From positions 1 through 64,000 of the forward strand of contig JBEKDT010000016.1 in NCBI GenBank assembly GCA_050014195.1: a stretch of 64,000 nucleotides of DNA. Reading direction: 5' to 3'. This stretch comes from Desulfomonilia bacterium. Its GTDB lineage: Bacteria; Desulfobacterota; Desulfomonilia; UBA1062. The notes under the pieces were generated by a model that saw only the letters and a list, made by a program, of their open reading frames with translations, did no database searches and was not told where the DNA came from. This document shows, piece after piece, positions 20,301 through 28,250 of the stretch; within the stretch, counting starts at the first letter, position 1, and every line of letters starts with the position of its first letter. A program made the position numbers and the translations under genes.

Positions 20301-20528
20301 AGCATCGGGAAGGGGTGTACCCAGCGAGAAGATCTCACCACTGTCCTGACGGAGCAGGCCGGTATCTGCTGTCTTTTTCATGAGGTCAATGAGCTGTCCT
20401 GCGGTGAGTGGGGCAAGATGGTCGAGAATACTTATGTGCACTGCGCCGCTAAGGGCATCGAGTGTGGCGAGAAACTTCCATTGTTCCGCAGTAAGGTCAA
20501 CATATTTTTCTTTCATACTAAACCTCAT
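17397..20528 (-). CDS. Sigma54-dependent enhancer-binding protein (long helical/TPR-like N-terminus, GAF, AAA+, Fis HTH)
   Basis: GETGTGK, ELFGYEKGAFTGA, LFLDEIGE, FREDLFYRLNV, WPGNVRELQN, GAAEILGMKRTSLYSRM. Start may be 20516. Confidence 0.93.
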   Translation of the reverse strand: MRFSMKEKYVDLTAEQWKFLATLDALSGAVHISILDHLAPLTAGQLIDLMKKTADTGLLRQDSGEIFSLGTPLPDAAANKIRGINSKKNLSALVDAVYAKNIDRDLDSHVLIGLLEKAGRAIEASRVEFERTDKDLGDRRNLEDVHQSLMRAVGRLKNLDLDPDTSVLYISRSLKLSNLCYVLGRGITELGEILETAQALAARLGDKRSQALINLHKGMLYYFTGRRDEAFLSLSVGLDKVNEIGDEDILSQSAEFIAVFYFMKGQFREVMKHLEHLENLIGINEESIQPLTYILFSYSALYLGQFHRAFGFLDSNLRLAEEKSNKALTSVLRTVLGTTLVLVKKYHEAEFHLKKARQESIESGNAFGYHYSGGGLALLYFMKGDMEKSYDILQDTIQKAEQVGLIQQFSSPWILEIVYEFQRLGFKPLPHWNYRNIMETTLNGVNVHLRGVALRLRAREKMDQGIVKRKPIMADLEASRTCLDLSGNHIQLAKTVLEMAHLELLNNNKEAAKAYAQEAWHLFSGHAADFFPDQYKALLEKKLLAPNTKSARDEYLRHYFEEINSIRSSMGQEETLHKTIISTNRFFGAERGGIFWFAEGKYTAKPELRAASNLTKEEVESPQFKPYMEHVLKAFRTNNPLVVRNDSSARAVKGEKIRSVLCIPFEVQGMTRGVLYHDNSYMQDAFEFLDPAMMTLLGRHTSDTVNFLLNTMRVREEKEKLSRERDTSQQEFKKFQLIAGSKIMREQLSMAGQVSTTDSTVLLTGETGTGKGMFAQWIHENSRRSEGAFIVVDCATIPENLVESELFGYEKGAFTGADKQKLGRIELAHNGTLFLDEIGELPLHLQTKLLKTLEEKTFVRIGGGRSIRSDFRLIAATNRSLKDEVAAGRFREDLFYRLNVFPLSMPPLREREEDIAELARYFVELYARKYGRPGLDLSRKDIGMLMRYAWPGNVRELQNVIERAVILTKGKELQIPLFPTGSQTGAKATFDDLTTLDELQRRYIRHVFEYTKGRVSGPGGAAEILGMKRTSLYSRMKALGMKK

Positions 20529-20677
20529 GACAGTGACGAGTAGAATAACAGTCTTTATGAAATTTGCAAGGTCTCTTTTGACTGAATAAAGACGATCGAT
20601 GTCTTAATAAAGTCAAATCCTGGGTGTGCTCTGGAATATCAACAATAATATTAGATAACTATAAGTAATCTTCGCCC

Positions 20678-20693
20678 TGGTACGCTCCTTGCT
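20678..20693 (+). promoter_or_regulatory. Sigma54 -24/-12 promoter for the forward catabolic operon
   Basis: TGGTACGCTCCTTGCT versus consensus TGGCACG-N4-TTGCW; divergent from the activator gene. Confidence 0.75.
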
Positions 20694-20745
20694 CATAAGA
20701 GGGTGCACAAGGAAATGATGCCCTGGAAAACAGGAGGTGCCAGAC

Positions 20746-20879
20746 GTGATCAGATTGAGTCGTAAAGAAATCATTGAGGAACTATAAGGCAGGGTATTCA
20801 CGGATTGTCGAGAATCAAGCTCGAGTGCCGCCGTTTTGAGCATTACTGGGAAGAACGCATGACTGACATGGCATGCTGA
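20746..20879 (+). pseudogene. Frameshifted small ORF
   Basis: AGGAGGT RBS, GTG start, VIRLSRKEIIEEL then stop; a shifted frame continues RQGIHGLSRIKLECRRFEHYWEERMTDMAC. Confidence 0.35.
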
Positions 20880-20987
20880 ATAAAATCTAAGAAAGGAGCT
20901 ATTGAGCAACCAGGTTTTTTGAATACAGCGGGATTCATTGCAAGCCATAAAATTAATAGGTGTTTAATCACTCAAAAGGGGGAATGT

Positions 20988-21386
20988 ATGGCAATATTTA
21001 CCAAGAAAGTAGCGGAAGAACTATTCGGTGAACTCTGGACAAGGATGATAAAGGATTTCGGGTTCGGGAAAAGCCTCAAGGAGTCGGGAATATCAATCTT
21101 CTTTGTCGTGACTGACCCCGATATGGTCATGTTTGTCGATGAAAACGGCCCCATCTTCGGTGCTGAGGCGGAGAAGAAAGTGCCTGTGGTCACCATGAAG
21201 ATGAAAGGCGACATCGTGCACAAATTCTGGCTGAAAAACCTGAACGTCCCCATGGCACTGGCTTTGCGCCAGGTCGTGGCAAAGGGACCGGTGAACAAGG
21301 TCCTGCAGCTTCTGCCCCTCATGAAACCTGGTATGGAAATATATCCCGAGTACTGCAAGAAGTTCAACCTGCCTATGAAAGGGTAA
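20988..21386 (+). CDS. SCP2 sterol/lipid-binding domain protein
   Basis: VTMKMKGDIVHKFWLKNLNVPMALALRQVVAKGPVNKVLQL pattern; AAGGGGG RBS. Confidence 0.7.
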   Translation: MAIFTKKVAEELFGELWTRMIKDFGFGKSLKESGISIFFVVTDPDMVMFVDENGPIFGAEAEKKVPVVTMKMKGDIVHKFWLKNLNVPMALALRQVVAKGPVNKVLQLLPLMKPGMEIYPEYCKKFNLPMKG

Positions 21387-21397
21387 GGGGGCCAGAC

Positions 21398-22654
21398 ATG
21401 GAATATTTCGATATCCAATTCATGAACCTGACAGAAGATGACATAGCCCTGAAAAAGGCGGCCCACAAGTTTGCCGAGGAGGTCATGAGACCCACAGCAA
21501 AGGCGTTGGATACCATGTCCGCCGCTGATGTGGTGGCCCCCGGATCGCCCTTGTGGCCATTCTTGAGGAAGGCATATGAGCTCGGCTACCACAAGACTCT
21601 GCTGCCCGAGTACTATGGTGGTTTGGGCCTTAACCCCCTCCAGGTCCACATTGTGTTCGAGGAGATGGGCTGGGGAAGCTTTGGGCTGTCCGTACTGCTC
21701 GGTGTAATCTGCTTCCCGTTCTACGTTGCGTGCCTGGCCGGTAATGAGGAACTGATCGAGAAATATGTAAAACCGTTCTGCGCATGCACCGATGCAAGCA
21801 TCAGGGGATGCTGGGCCATCACGGAACCGGACCATGGCTCGGATTACATTGCCTCGGGTGAGGATTACTTCACCACGCCCAAGATGCGGGGGAATGTCCA
21901 GGCGAGGCTGGAGGGTGATGAATATGTCATCAACGGCCAGAAATCAGCATGGGTTTCTGGCGGCACCATTGCCACCCATGCCCTGTTGTTTCTGCAACTC
22001 GAACCGAAACATGGTTTCGGCGGAAACGGCATCTGCGTTCTCCCGCTGGATCTCGACGGTGTAACCAGGGGAAAACCTCTTGAAAAGATCGGACAGCGTG
22101 ACCTGAACCAGGGTGAGATCTATTTCGACAATGTGAGGATCCCCAAGAGCTACATGCTTGCAGATCCGACGTTCTATGAGCCCCTTTTGGAGATGATCCT
22201 TGCCGCAGCCAACATGATCATGGCCACCTGGTCAACGGGCATTGCCCGGGCCGCATTTGAAGAGGCGCTTGTATATTCAAAAGAACGGGTCCAGGGTACA
22301 CGGCCACTCATGGAGCACTATGTGCACAAACAGCGTGTCTTCAAGCTGTTCGCGCGTACAGAGGTCATCCGGGCAATCTCACGGAACGTGGTCAACCTCA
22401 ACTTGAATGTTTCCCCGCCTCTTGCGGAATATTCGCTGGTGGCAAAGAGCCAGTGCACTGAGATGGCCTTCCAGAACGCCCATGAGCTGATCCAGATCAT
22501 GGGAGGCAATGGGCTAACAAAAGAATATATCGCTGAGAAACTCTTCAGGGATGCCCGGGCCACCCTCATCGAAGATGGCAACAACGAGACCCTGGAGCGG
22601 CATGGTGGACATATACTCGCAGAGGTATACCCGCGTCCGCCGCTGGATTTTTAG
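21398..22654 (+). CDS. Acyl-CoA dehydrogenase
   Basis: WAITEPDHGSD, INGQKSAWVSGG, KIGQR, IQIMGGNG, KLFRDAR. Confidence 0.92.
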   Translation: MEYFDIQFMNLTEDDIALKKAAHKFAEEVMRPTAKALDTMSAADVVAPGSPLWPFLRKAYELGYHKTLLPEYYGGLGLNPLQVHIVFEEMGWGSFGLSVLLGVICFPFYVACLAGNEELIEKYVKPFCACTDASIRGCWAITEPDHGSDYIASGEDYFTTPKMRGNVQARLEGDEYVINGQKSAWVSGGTIATHALLFLQLEPKHGFGGNGICVLPLDLDGVTRGKPLEKIGQRDLNQGEIYFDNVRIPKSYMLADPTFYEPLLEMILAAANMIMATWSTGIARAAFEEALVYSKERVQGTRPLMEHYVHKQRVFKLFARTEVIRAISRNVVNLNLNVSPPLAEYSLVAKSQCTEMAFQNAHELIQIMGGNGLTKEYIAEKLFRDARATLIEDGNNETLERHGGHILAEVYPRPPLDF

Positions 22655-22693
22655 CCCGGGTACAGAACACTGGATCTTAAAAGGAGGAAAACA

Positions 22694-23482
22694 ATGTCAA
22701 GGATTCATATCGAAGAATGGCCTCCGTATACACCCTCTGAGCAGGCAAAGAAGGACAATGTGCTGCTGGCGGCAAAACTCATGACCAATGCCGCACTGAC
22801 AGCCCCGTTCACAGGCGGTGTAGGCGGAATTGAAGCTGAAATAGCCTATGGACAGAAAGAACTGGAATACATTGCCAGGGAGATGGAGCGCCTGGCCAAC
22901 CACGAGGTGCCCGAGAGACTTAAGAAACCGTTTCTCTATGAGGCGGTGATGGTCAGGGAAAGCGATGTGGTCGTTTTTATCGGCAACTACAGGGCCCACA
23001 GCACACCCATGGATGCAGCATGTGGACTGTGCGGCGGCGAGCAGGATTGCTCGTTTGTCTACAACAAGGTGAAGCATCTCAATGGTATCATAGACACCAC
23101 CGACCGCCAGAGAACCACGGCGATCAAGGGCCCGCTTTGTACGCTCAGGGCCCACGATGTCGGGTATGCAGTGGGATCGGCCCTCTGGATCGCATCGACT
23201 CTATTTGTGGACGCCAAACCATGCTACTCGGTGGGGCTGGCCGGAAGGAACCTTGATTTCTGCATGAAATCAGAGGTGGTTGTGGGTATTCTGGTGGGTG
23301 CCATGGCAAAGAACCCCTACGCCGACATCCCGACGGACTATCATCTGACGAACATGGCCAAACAGATAGATGCAGTCAGGAAGATATCCATCATTACCCG
23401 TCAGATGGCAAACCATCCGTATCACAGGTTTGATCCCAGCAAACCCAAGGGATCCAAAGACAAGAAAAAGAAGGAGGACTAG
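22694..23482 (+). CDS. DUF2148-like ferredoxin-motif protein (nitroreductase-like fold)
   Basis: AAKLMTNAALTAP, DAACGLCG...C, GPLC...DVGYAVGSA, KNPYAD. Confidence 0.7.
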   Translation: MSRIHIEEWPPYTPSEQAKKDNVLLAAKLMTNAALTAPFTGGVGGIEAEIAYGQKELEYIAREMERLANHEVPERLKKPFLYEAVMVRESDVVVFIGNYRAHSTPMDAACGLCGGEQDCSFVYNKVKHLNGIIDTTDRQRTTAIKGPLCTLRAHDVGYAVGSALWIASTLFVDAKPCYSVGLAGRNLDFCMKSEVVVGILVGAMAKNPYADIPTDYHLTNMAKQIDAVRKISIITRQMANHPYHRFDPSKPKGSKDKKKKED

Positions 23483-23485
23483 GCC

Positions 23486-24307
23486 ATGGCAATATATAGC
23501 GGAGAGGAAGCCACCCAAGAACACCTCCTGGAAGTTACCAAAGGATGCGCCGTGGCGGCAGCCAAGGCACCGACCCTTACGAACTCGCTGGGTCTTCGGA
23601 TGGAGATCGTTACAGGAGAAGATCTCAATCCCATAATCGATGTTCTGGAGACCTTCGGGCAGACATCCACTTTCCAGATGCACGATGCCGTGGCATTTAA
23701 ATCCATGGCCGAGAAAGGCGTGCTGCCACCCATACTGCTGATGGGCGCAGACCTCTGCAATCCGGTCTTGTGGGACTGCGGGGCGTGCGGTTTTCCCACG
23801 TGCGGTGAATACATCAAGTTCGTCAGCCGGAACAAGGGTATCGGGATAGGTGCTTACGGGCCATCATGCGTGTGGAAGGTTATCGATTTCGGAATGGCAG
23901 CGGACTATGCCTGCGCCGCAGCTGCAATGCATCGCGTCGAGGCCAGGATAATGTTCAGTATCGGTGCGGTGTCCATGTTCCTCGGACACCTGGAGGGTGC
24001 ATCTTTCGTTCTCGGATTGCCGGTCGGCCCGGTGGGGCTCAACAACTGGTTCGACCGTGAGAGCTGGGTGAATGCGTTTAACTATCAACAGAGGACGATG
24101 GGTCAGCTGGCCGGTGGGCCCAATCTCTCCATGGCCTTTTCCGGCGGCGGGTATCCCATCATCAAAACAAAACCCAACTGGTGGGAAAACCCCACTTTCA
24201 TGAAGGTGGAACAGGACGAGGAGTTCCTACAAAAGGACGCCGAGGGCAAGGCAAAGGTCTTTGAGAAGATCATGAAGTACCGCGGCGTTCTTCCAGAGGA
24301 CGAATAA
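23486..24307 (+). CDS. DUF2148-like ferredoxin-motif protein (second paralog)
   Basis: AAAKAP, DCGACGFPTC, GPSCVWKVIDFGMA, RIMFSIG, NWFDR. Confidence 0.75.
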   Translation: MAIYSGEEATQEHLLEVTKGCAVAAAKAPTLTNSLGLRMEIVTGEDLNPIIDVLETFGQTSTFQMHDAVAFKSMAEKGVLPPILLMGADLCNPVLWDCGACGFPTCGEYIKFVSRNKGIGIGAYGPSCVWKVIDFGMAADYACAAAAMHRVEARIMFSIGAVSMFLGHLEGASFVLGLPVGPVGLNNWFDRESWVNAFNYQQRTMGQLAGGPNLSMAFSGGGYPIIKTKPNWWENPTFMKVEQDEEFLQKDAEGKAKVFEKIMKYRGVLPEDE

Positions 24308-24319
24308 TCATTCTGTGAG

Positions 24320-24358
24320 GGGTGGTTTTCTCCAGCCGTGTGTAGGGGAAAATCACCC
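24320..24358. terminator. Intergenic hairpin
   Basis: gggtggttttctcc ... ggggaaaatcaccc inverted repeat; no clear U-tract. Confidence 0.4.
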
Positions 24359-24427
24359 TGAACAGTGAAAGAATTTCCCGAAAGATATTCAGAGATCGGA
24401 ACTACTGGAACAAGGAGGCAACTGAGA

Positions 24428-25684
24428 ATGCGTGACGTGTATATTATCGCAGTGGGGATGACCAGGTTCGGCAAGCACCTGGATAAAACAGAAAAGGACC
24501 TAGTGGCAGAGGCCTTTGCCAGGACTATGGATGATGCACCAGAAATCAAGATCAGTGATATCCAGTCCGCGTTCTTTGCCAACACGGCATGGGGCTTCTT
24601 CACCATGCAGCATTCAATCAAAGGGCAGGTAGCCCTGCGGCCTGTAGGCATCGAGGGCATTCCTATCACCAATGTGGAGAATGCATGTGCCTGCGCATCC
24701 ACGGCACTGCACTGTGCATACAAGGACGTGGCAAGCGGCATGTACGAATGCTCTCTGGCCATAGGCATGGAGAAGCTCTACAACGAGGATAAGGCAAAGA
24801 GCATGATGGCCTTCAATGCAGGAATAGATGTCTCTAACATGAAAGGACACATGAAAGCCCTGAGGGGCATCATGGACGGGGTGAAGCTGGACATCCCTGA
24901 AGATGACGGCGGAGCAGGGGCCGGAAAGACCAGAAGCGCCTTCATGGACGTGTATGCGAATATGCTCAGGTGGCATATGGCCACTTTCGGGAGCACCCAG
25001 CACCAGCTGGCGGTCATTGCCTCAAAGAATCACTTTCACAGCTCCATGAACCCCAATGCACAGTTCCAGAACACCATGACTGTGGACGAGATTCTACAGG
25101 GCAAGCCTGTCATCTGGCCGTTGACCGTTCCCATGTGCGCTCCTGTAGGTGATGGTGCTGCCGGGGCTATCGTATGCTCGGGGGATTTTCTGAAGAAGCT
25201 GAAGTCCGCCCGGCCGGTGAAGATCCTGGCATCGGTCCTGGGATCCGGCACGAACAGGAGGCATGACCAGGTGGACCTGGATATCGCGGTGAGGCTCTCC
25301 AGGCAGGCATATGACATTGCAGGCGTAGGACCTGAAGACATCAATGTTGCTGAGGTTCACGACGCCACAGCATTCGGCGAGTTGCATCAGTGCGAGTCGC
25401 TGGGGTTCTGCAAAATGGGCGAAGGAGGCCCCTTTGCAGAGACCGGCGCCACGAAGCTGGGCGGGAAGATCCCCATGAACACCTCGGGTGGGCTCGAGTC
25501 GCGCGGGCACCCGGTGGGCGCATCCGGGCTCGGCATGATCCACGAGCTGGTTACGCAGCTCAGACACGAGGCGGGTCCCAGGCAGGTGGAAGGGTGCATG
25601 CTTGCGCTTGGAGAAAATGGCGGCGGGAACATCGCCTTTGAAGAGGCCTCCATGACTATCCATATTCTTGAACGGGTGAAATAA
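24428..25684 (+). CDS. SCPx/Ltp-type thiolase family protein
   Basis: VGMTRFGK, NVENACACAS, AEVHDA, NTSGGL..GHPVGASG. Confidence 0.9.
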   Translation: MRDVYIIAVGMTRFGKHLDKTEKDLVAEAFARTMDDAPEIKISDIQSAFFANTAWGFFTMQHSIKGQVALRPVGIEGIPITNVENACACASTALHCAYKDVASGMYECSLAIGMEKLYNEDKAKSMMAFNAGIDVSNMKGHMKALRGIMDGVKLDIPEDDGGAGAGKTRSAFMDVYANMLRWHMATFGSTQHQLAVIASKNHFHSSMNPNAQFQNTMTVDEILQGKPVIWPLTVPMCAPVGDGAAGAIVCSGDFLKKLKSARPVKILASVLGSGTNRRHDQVDLDIAVRLSRQAYDIAGVGPEDINVAEVHDATAFGELHQCESLGFCKMGEGGPFAETGATKLGGKIPMNTSGGLESRGHPVGASGLGMIHELVTQLRHEAGPRQVEGCMLALGENGGGNIAFEEASMTIHILERVK

Positions 25685-25724
25685 GAAATGACAATATTTG
25701 GCTGTAATCTCTATACCCTCCTGA

Positions 25725-25760
25725 ATCTGGTGACACCTCATAGTGTCACCAGATCCCTTT
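25725..25760 (+). terminator. Probable terminator or stabilising hairpin
   Basis: Perfect 12-bp stem atctggtgacac / gtgtcaccagat followed by cccttt. Confidence 0.55.
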
Positions 25761-25823
25761 ATCTATCGAGGGCGCATAACTTTTAATTTTAATTAAATAA
25801 TTTGACAACAAAAGGAGCGTTTT

Positions 25824-26654
25824 ATGGATCGATTCAAGACGAAAACCGTGGTGATAACCGGAGCAGGCAGCGGTTTCGGCAGAGGCCTTGCATTGGATTT
25901 TGCAAAACTGGGATGGAAGGTGGCTGTCAGCGATATCAACATGGAAAGGGCCGAGGATAGTGTGCGGCTTGTAAATGGATCAGGCGGCCAGGGCATTGCA
26001 ATCAGGTGCGATGTCACAAAGCCCGAGGAGGTGCAGGGCCTTGCTGATGCAGTGGTCTCAAAGTGGGGCACTGTTGATATCATTATCAACAACGCCGGCG
26101 TCCCGGTGCTGGGATTCATGGAAAAGATCACCCTGGAAGACTGGCGGTTCGAGATCGATGTCATGCTCATGAGTGTCATCTACGGATGCAGGACGTTCAT
26201 CCCCATCTTCAAGAAGCAGGGCTGGGGGCATATCGTAAATACAGCCTCATCTGCTGGGATTTGCTCATTACCCGAGATGTCGCCCTACAACGTGACAAAG
26301 GCCGGGGTCATCTCGCTGTCCGAGACACTCCGCGGGGAGTTGAAGGGAAGCAACATCGGGGTAACGGTAGTATGTCCGACATTTTTCAAGACAAACCTCA
26401 TGGACCAGGCACGGAGTACCGACGAACGTCAATTAAAGATGGGAGAGGCCTTTTTCAACAAATTCTCGTTCGGCACGGTAGAGAGTGTCAGCAGAGCGAC
26501 CCTCAAAGCCATCAAGAAGAATAAGCTGTACGTCCTACCCCAGCCCGATTCCAAGCTTTTCTGGTTCATGAAGAGGATGACACCGAACACATACTACAAT
26601 GTCAATGCATTCCTGTACTCACGGGGCATCCTGGATAAGATACTGGGTATTTAG
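25824..26654 (+). CDS. Short-chain dehydrogenase/reductase
   Basis: TGAGSGFG, NNAG, NTASSAG, YNVTK. Confidence 0.92.
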   Translation: MDRFKTKTVVITGAGSGFGRGLALDFAKLGWKVAVSDINMERAEDSVRLVNGSGGQGIAIRCDVTKPEEVQGLADAVVSKWGTVDIIINNAGVPVLGFMEKITLEDWRFEIDVMLMSVIYGCRTFIPIFKKQGWGHIVNTASSAGICSLPEMSPYNVTKAGVISLSETLRGELKGSNIGVTVVCPTFFKTNLMDQARSTDERQLKMGEAFFNKFSFGTVESVSRATLKAIKKNKLYVLPQPDSKLFWFMKRMTPNTYYNVNAFLYSRGILDKILGI

Positions 26655-26697
26655 CAGAACATGCAGGCTAACATATAACGAGAAGGGGAACGATATC

Positions 26698-27099
26698 ATG
26701 AAAAATGAAACCCGCAGGCAGATATATTTTCTGGGTGCACTGTGGAACTTCGGGTTTGCACTGACCGGCCTGGCAATGCCGAAGACTACCATGTGGCTTA
26801 TATCCGGTTCGACAAAGGCTATTACCGGGGTCTTGGCCCGGACCTTCTTTGCATTCTTCTGGATAGCGGTGGGGGTCTTCGGGTTGGGATACTATCTGGT
26901 GTCCCGTGATCCGGACAAGAATGAGGCGGTCATCTGGATAGGGTGCCTAGCCAAAGTGCTCATCTTCTTCATCTTCGGCCGACTCTATCTTCGCAGGCAG
27001 ATAACACTCTTTGGCTTCTTAGCAGCCCTGGGAGACCTCATCTGGACATTCCTCTTCCTGGCTGCCCAGAGGGGAGAAAAAGCCAAGGAGATCGCCTGA
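26698..27099 (+). CDS. Hypothetical 4-TM membrane protein
   Basis: Four hydrophobic segments; GAAGGGG RBS; co-oriented within the operon. Confidence 0.7.
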   Translation: MKNETRRQIYFLGALWNFGFALTGLAMPKTTMWLISGSTKAITGVLARTFFAFFWIAVGVFGLGYYLVSRDPDKNEAVIWIGCLAKVLIFFIFGRLYLRRQITLFGFLAALGDLIWTFLFLAAQRGEKAKEIA

Positions 27100-27141
27100 A
27101 ATAAAAAGGCATACGTTATATTATAAATGGAGGGTAGACAT

Positions 27142-28209
27142 ATGGCAGTTGAGACAAAGGAAGTGAAAAAGGACACAGGCGAGTTCCTGAAGGGTCTGGA
27201 AGAGAACTTCACCGAGACGGAAAAGATAATATTGAGCCGCAGGAGCACCCGCTGGTACAAGAAGGAACAGGTGCCCGAGTTCATGGTGAAGCGTATCCTG
27301 GAGGCTGGCAGGTTCGCGCCGTCTGCCGGCAACTGCCAGCCTTGGAAGTTCGTGGTGATCAGGGAGCCTTCGATCATCGATGACCTCACGAACAGTGTCG
27401 TCATGATCTGCAAGCTGTTCAAGTCAATCCTCGAATACCGTACACCCGGGAATTTCTGGAAGTTCCCCATAGCAAAACTTTATACCCATCTGATGCCGAA
27501 AAAGTTGCATCCTGTACCGTTCAGCGCCATCTCCCTGATAGCAGACGGGAAACTGAAGCTGTACCATGGTGCCCCGACGGTCATCCTCATATTCAAGGAT
27601 ACGCGCGGGGTGTCCAATCCGGACCTCGATTGCGGGATCGCTGGCCAGAACATTGCTCTGGCAGCCCACAGCATGGGACTGGGGACCTGCTGGGTGAGCT
27701 TTTCCAGCGTAGCTTTTGACTATCTCGGCTTCAAATGGAATAAGGTGTTCGGCATCAAGTACCCCTATAAGTTCATCACCAGCCTGGCCATAGGTTGGCC
27801 TATGGGCAAGCCCGATGGGTTTGTGGAACGGCCTGCCCATGGTGTCGACTGGTTCGAGAATGGGAAAAAGACCGTGGTGGATCCGAGCAAAGGTGATTCC
27901 GGCATCAGTCTGGGGGAGAAGTTTACGGTCCCCAATTATGCAGATCCTCGGCAGACCCACTGGGGCGAGCTCTTCTTTGACTATGAAAAGTGCAACGGCT
28001 GCGGCACCTGCGAGCGCATCTGTCCTGCCAGCGCCATCGAGATGAAGGACAAGAAGCCAGAGATGCTGGCCGGAGGTGCGTGCATGGCATGCGGCGACTG
28101 CATGGCCATCTGTCCCAAGGAAGCAATACGCATGAAGTCGAGCTATGCGTTCTCGAAGCATTTCAAGACCATCGACCACAGTGATCTGAAGCTGCCGAGG
28201 ATGAAATAA
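27142..28209 (+). CDS. Nitroreductase with C-terminal 2x[4Fe-4S] ferredoxin (fusion)
   Basis: RRSTR, APSAGNCQPW, AHSMGLGTCW; CNGCGTCERICP and CMACGDCMAICP. Confidence 0.9.
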   Translation: MAVETKEVKKDTGEFLKGLEENFTETEKIILSRRSTRWYKKEQVPEFMVKRILEAGRFAPSAGNCQPWKFVVIREPSIIDDLTNSVVMICKLFKSILEYRTPGNFWKFPIAKLYTHLMPKKLHPVPFSAISLIADGKLKLYHGAPTVILIFKDTRGVSNPDLDCGIAGQNIALAAHSMGLGTCWVSFSSVAFDYLGFKWNKVFGIKYPYKFITSLAIGWPMGKPDGFVERPAHGVDWFENGKKTVVDPSKGDSGISLGEKFTVPNYADPRQTHWGELFFDYEKCNGCGTCERICPASAIEMKDKKPEMLAGGACMACGDCMAICPKEAIRMKSSYAFSKHFKTIDHSDLKLPRMK

Positions 28210-28250
28210 CCCACAAAAAGTAAGAACACATCTAAAGAAAGGAGAATATT

